A stretch of DNA of 6,414 bases from a virus. This document shows positions 5,559 to 6,414 of this stretch, piece by piece. Both the position numbers and the translations under genes were made by a program. Numbering within the stretch: position 1 is the first letter of the stretch; every line of letters begins with the position of its first letter. The DNA is taken from the IMG/VR virus record IMGVR_UViG_3300020030_000056, positions 1 to 6,414 of that record; one strand, written 5' to 3'. The notes below the pieces were generated by a model. It saw nothing but the letters and a program-made list of their open reading frames with translations, was not told the origin of the DNA and did not search any database.

Positions 5559-5569
5559 AACTATAAGTT

Positions 5570-6414
5570 TTAATAACCAATACCATTAGCTGAAGAGGGA
5601 TTACCACGAGAACTAAATTTGGGACGAGGAATATTCTGAATAAACTTCGTACCGTAATCTATAGTATTACGAAGGCCATAAGAATTAAAATCCTTTTTAG
5701 CATTTCCAGCAGACCATTTATAATAGTCACGAATAGCCTTATTCTTAGAATATTCAACACCCTTACGGATTCCAACATTTTTATAATCCCAAAGAGAATC
5801 ATAATACTGAGTATAATAAGCCATATTAGTAGCACTAATCAGAGCATCAGCAGTACGAAGAGCAATAGAATTATCAATTTTCTGACCCAAAGTCTGAGCA
5901 GAAATCTGAATAGCACGCTTTATTTCAGTACGAACCTGTTGCTTAGTTAAAGCGCCTTGCTGAACTAAGTTATACAAATACTGAGACTTTGTAAACAAGT
6001 CTGCTTGTTGTTGAGAATCCATATACTTATTCAGGATAGCTTGAGCATCAGACTGTAAATAAACCTGAGTAGTCTGAGCAGCCGAAAGCTTTCCTGCCGT
6101 AACAGCGTTCTCCAGTCGCTGACGCTCCATAGATTGGTCTAATTCAGCAGAAATACGACCTGTCTGCTTATTCCAATAACCAGATTCACCGATACCTATC
6201 TGCTTATAGTTCGTATCACCTTTCATCTTTTCAATCATATATGGCGTCATAGCATTAATCTGGTTAGACTCAGATATAAGTTTCTTAGCTTGAGCAAATG
6301 AAGCCAAAGCAGTATCCACACTCGAAAAGTCAGGATGAAAAGCCTGATACGGAATAGGATTGACAGCAGAAGCCTGAGCACCAGAAGGTGAAGAACCTGA
6401 ACCAGCACCAGTCA
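5570..6414 (-). CDS. DNA pilot / minor capsid protein VP2, C-terminal part (6294..6414 duplicates 1..121; same gene as 1..371)
   Basis: The frame is open from the window end down to TAA at 5570..5572. The track start at 6319 is a GTG (Val in ...DFSSVDTALASFAQAKK...) inside the continuous frame, not a real start. The product is Gln/Ala/Ser-rich and predicted helical, typical of microvirus pilot proteins. Confidence 0.88.
   Translation of the reverse strand, partial: TGAGSGSSPSGAQASAVNPIPYQAFHPDFSSVDTALASFAQAKKLISESNQINAMTPYMIEKMKGDTNYKQIGIGESGYWNKQTGRISAELDQSMERQRLENAVTAGKLSAAQTTQVYLQSDAQAILNKYMDSQQQADLFTKSQYLYNLVQQGALTKQQVRTEIKRAIQISAQTLGQKIDNSIALRTADALISATNMAYYTQYYDSLWDYKNVGIRKGVEYSKNKAIRDYYKWSAGNAKKDFNSYGLRNTIDYGTKFIQNIPRPKFSSRGNPSSANGIGY
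6294..6414. repeat. Terminal redundancy, copy B (identical to 1..121)
   Basis: Exact 121/121 identity with 1..121 by direct comparison. Confidence 0.97.

Noticed and set aside
1-6414. tRNA, CRISPR array, integrase/transposase, inverted terminal repeats
   Set aside because: There are no cloverleaf or T-loop signatures, no spaced direct repeats, and no ORF with recombinase motifs. The only long repeat is the 121-nt assembly overlap.

Overview
The window is one complete circular genome of a Microviridae-type ssDNA phage. Bases 1..121 are identical to 6294..6414, so the unit length is 6,293 nt and the linear form is an assembly overlap. All credible genes lie on the minus strand, are tightly packed, and show a strong T preference at codon position 3. 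In transcription order, which is descending coordinates, they run as follows. First come a 64-aa orphan ORF, a 27-aa hydrophobic peptide and a minimal 102-aa M15-type zinc peptidase. These are followed by a large HUH replication initiator (VP4-like, 608 aa) and the major capsid protein (VP1/F family, 575 aa). Next is a 147-aa protein in the position of a scaffolding protein. The DNA pilot/minor capsid protein VP2 follows; it is 364 aa and is split by the linearisation point. Last is a 51-aa ORF too short for the supplied track. Genome size and the large VP1 and VP4 suggest an Alpavirinae-like (Bacteroidales-associated) microvirus rather than a gokushovirus, but this rests on memory of family characteristics, not a search. 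The two most interesting items both sit in the 1.15-kb accessory arc between VP2 and VP4. (1) A roughly 290-nt GC-rich, hairpin-dense, non-coding island (5111..5402) in an otherwise compact genome of about 40% GC. It carries repeated GGGTGTATA/TGTATA motifs and mutually exclusive GGAGCG/CGCTCC helices. (2) A possible two-component lysis or entry module, in which a 27-aa transmembrane-like peptide is coupled by an ATGA overlap to the M15 peptidase. No tRNA, rRNA, CRISPR array, transposase or integrase is visible. All functional calls come from motif recognition by eye and no database was queried.
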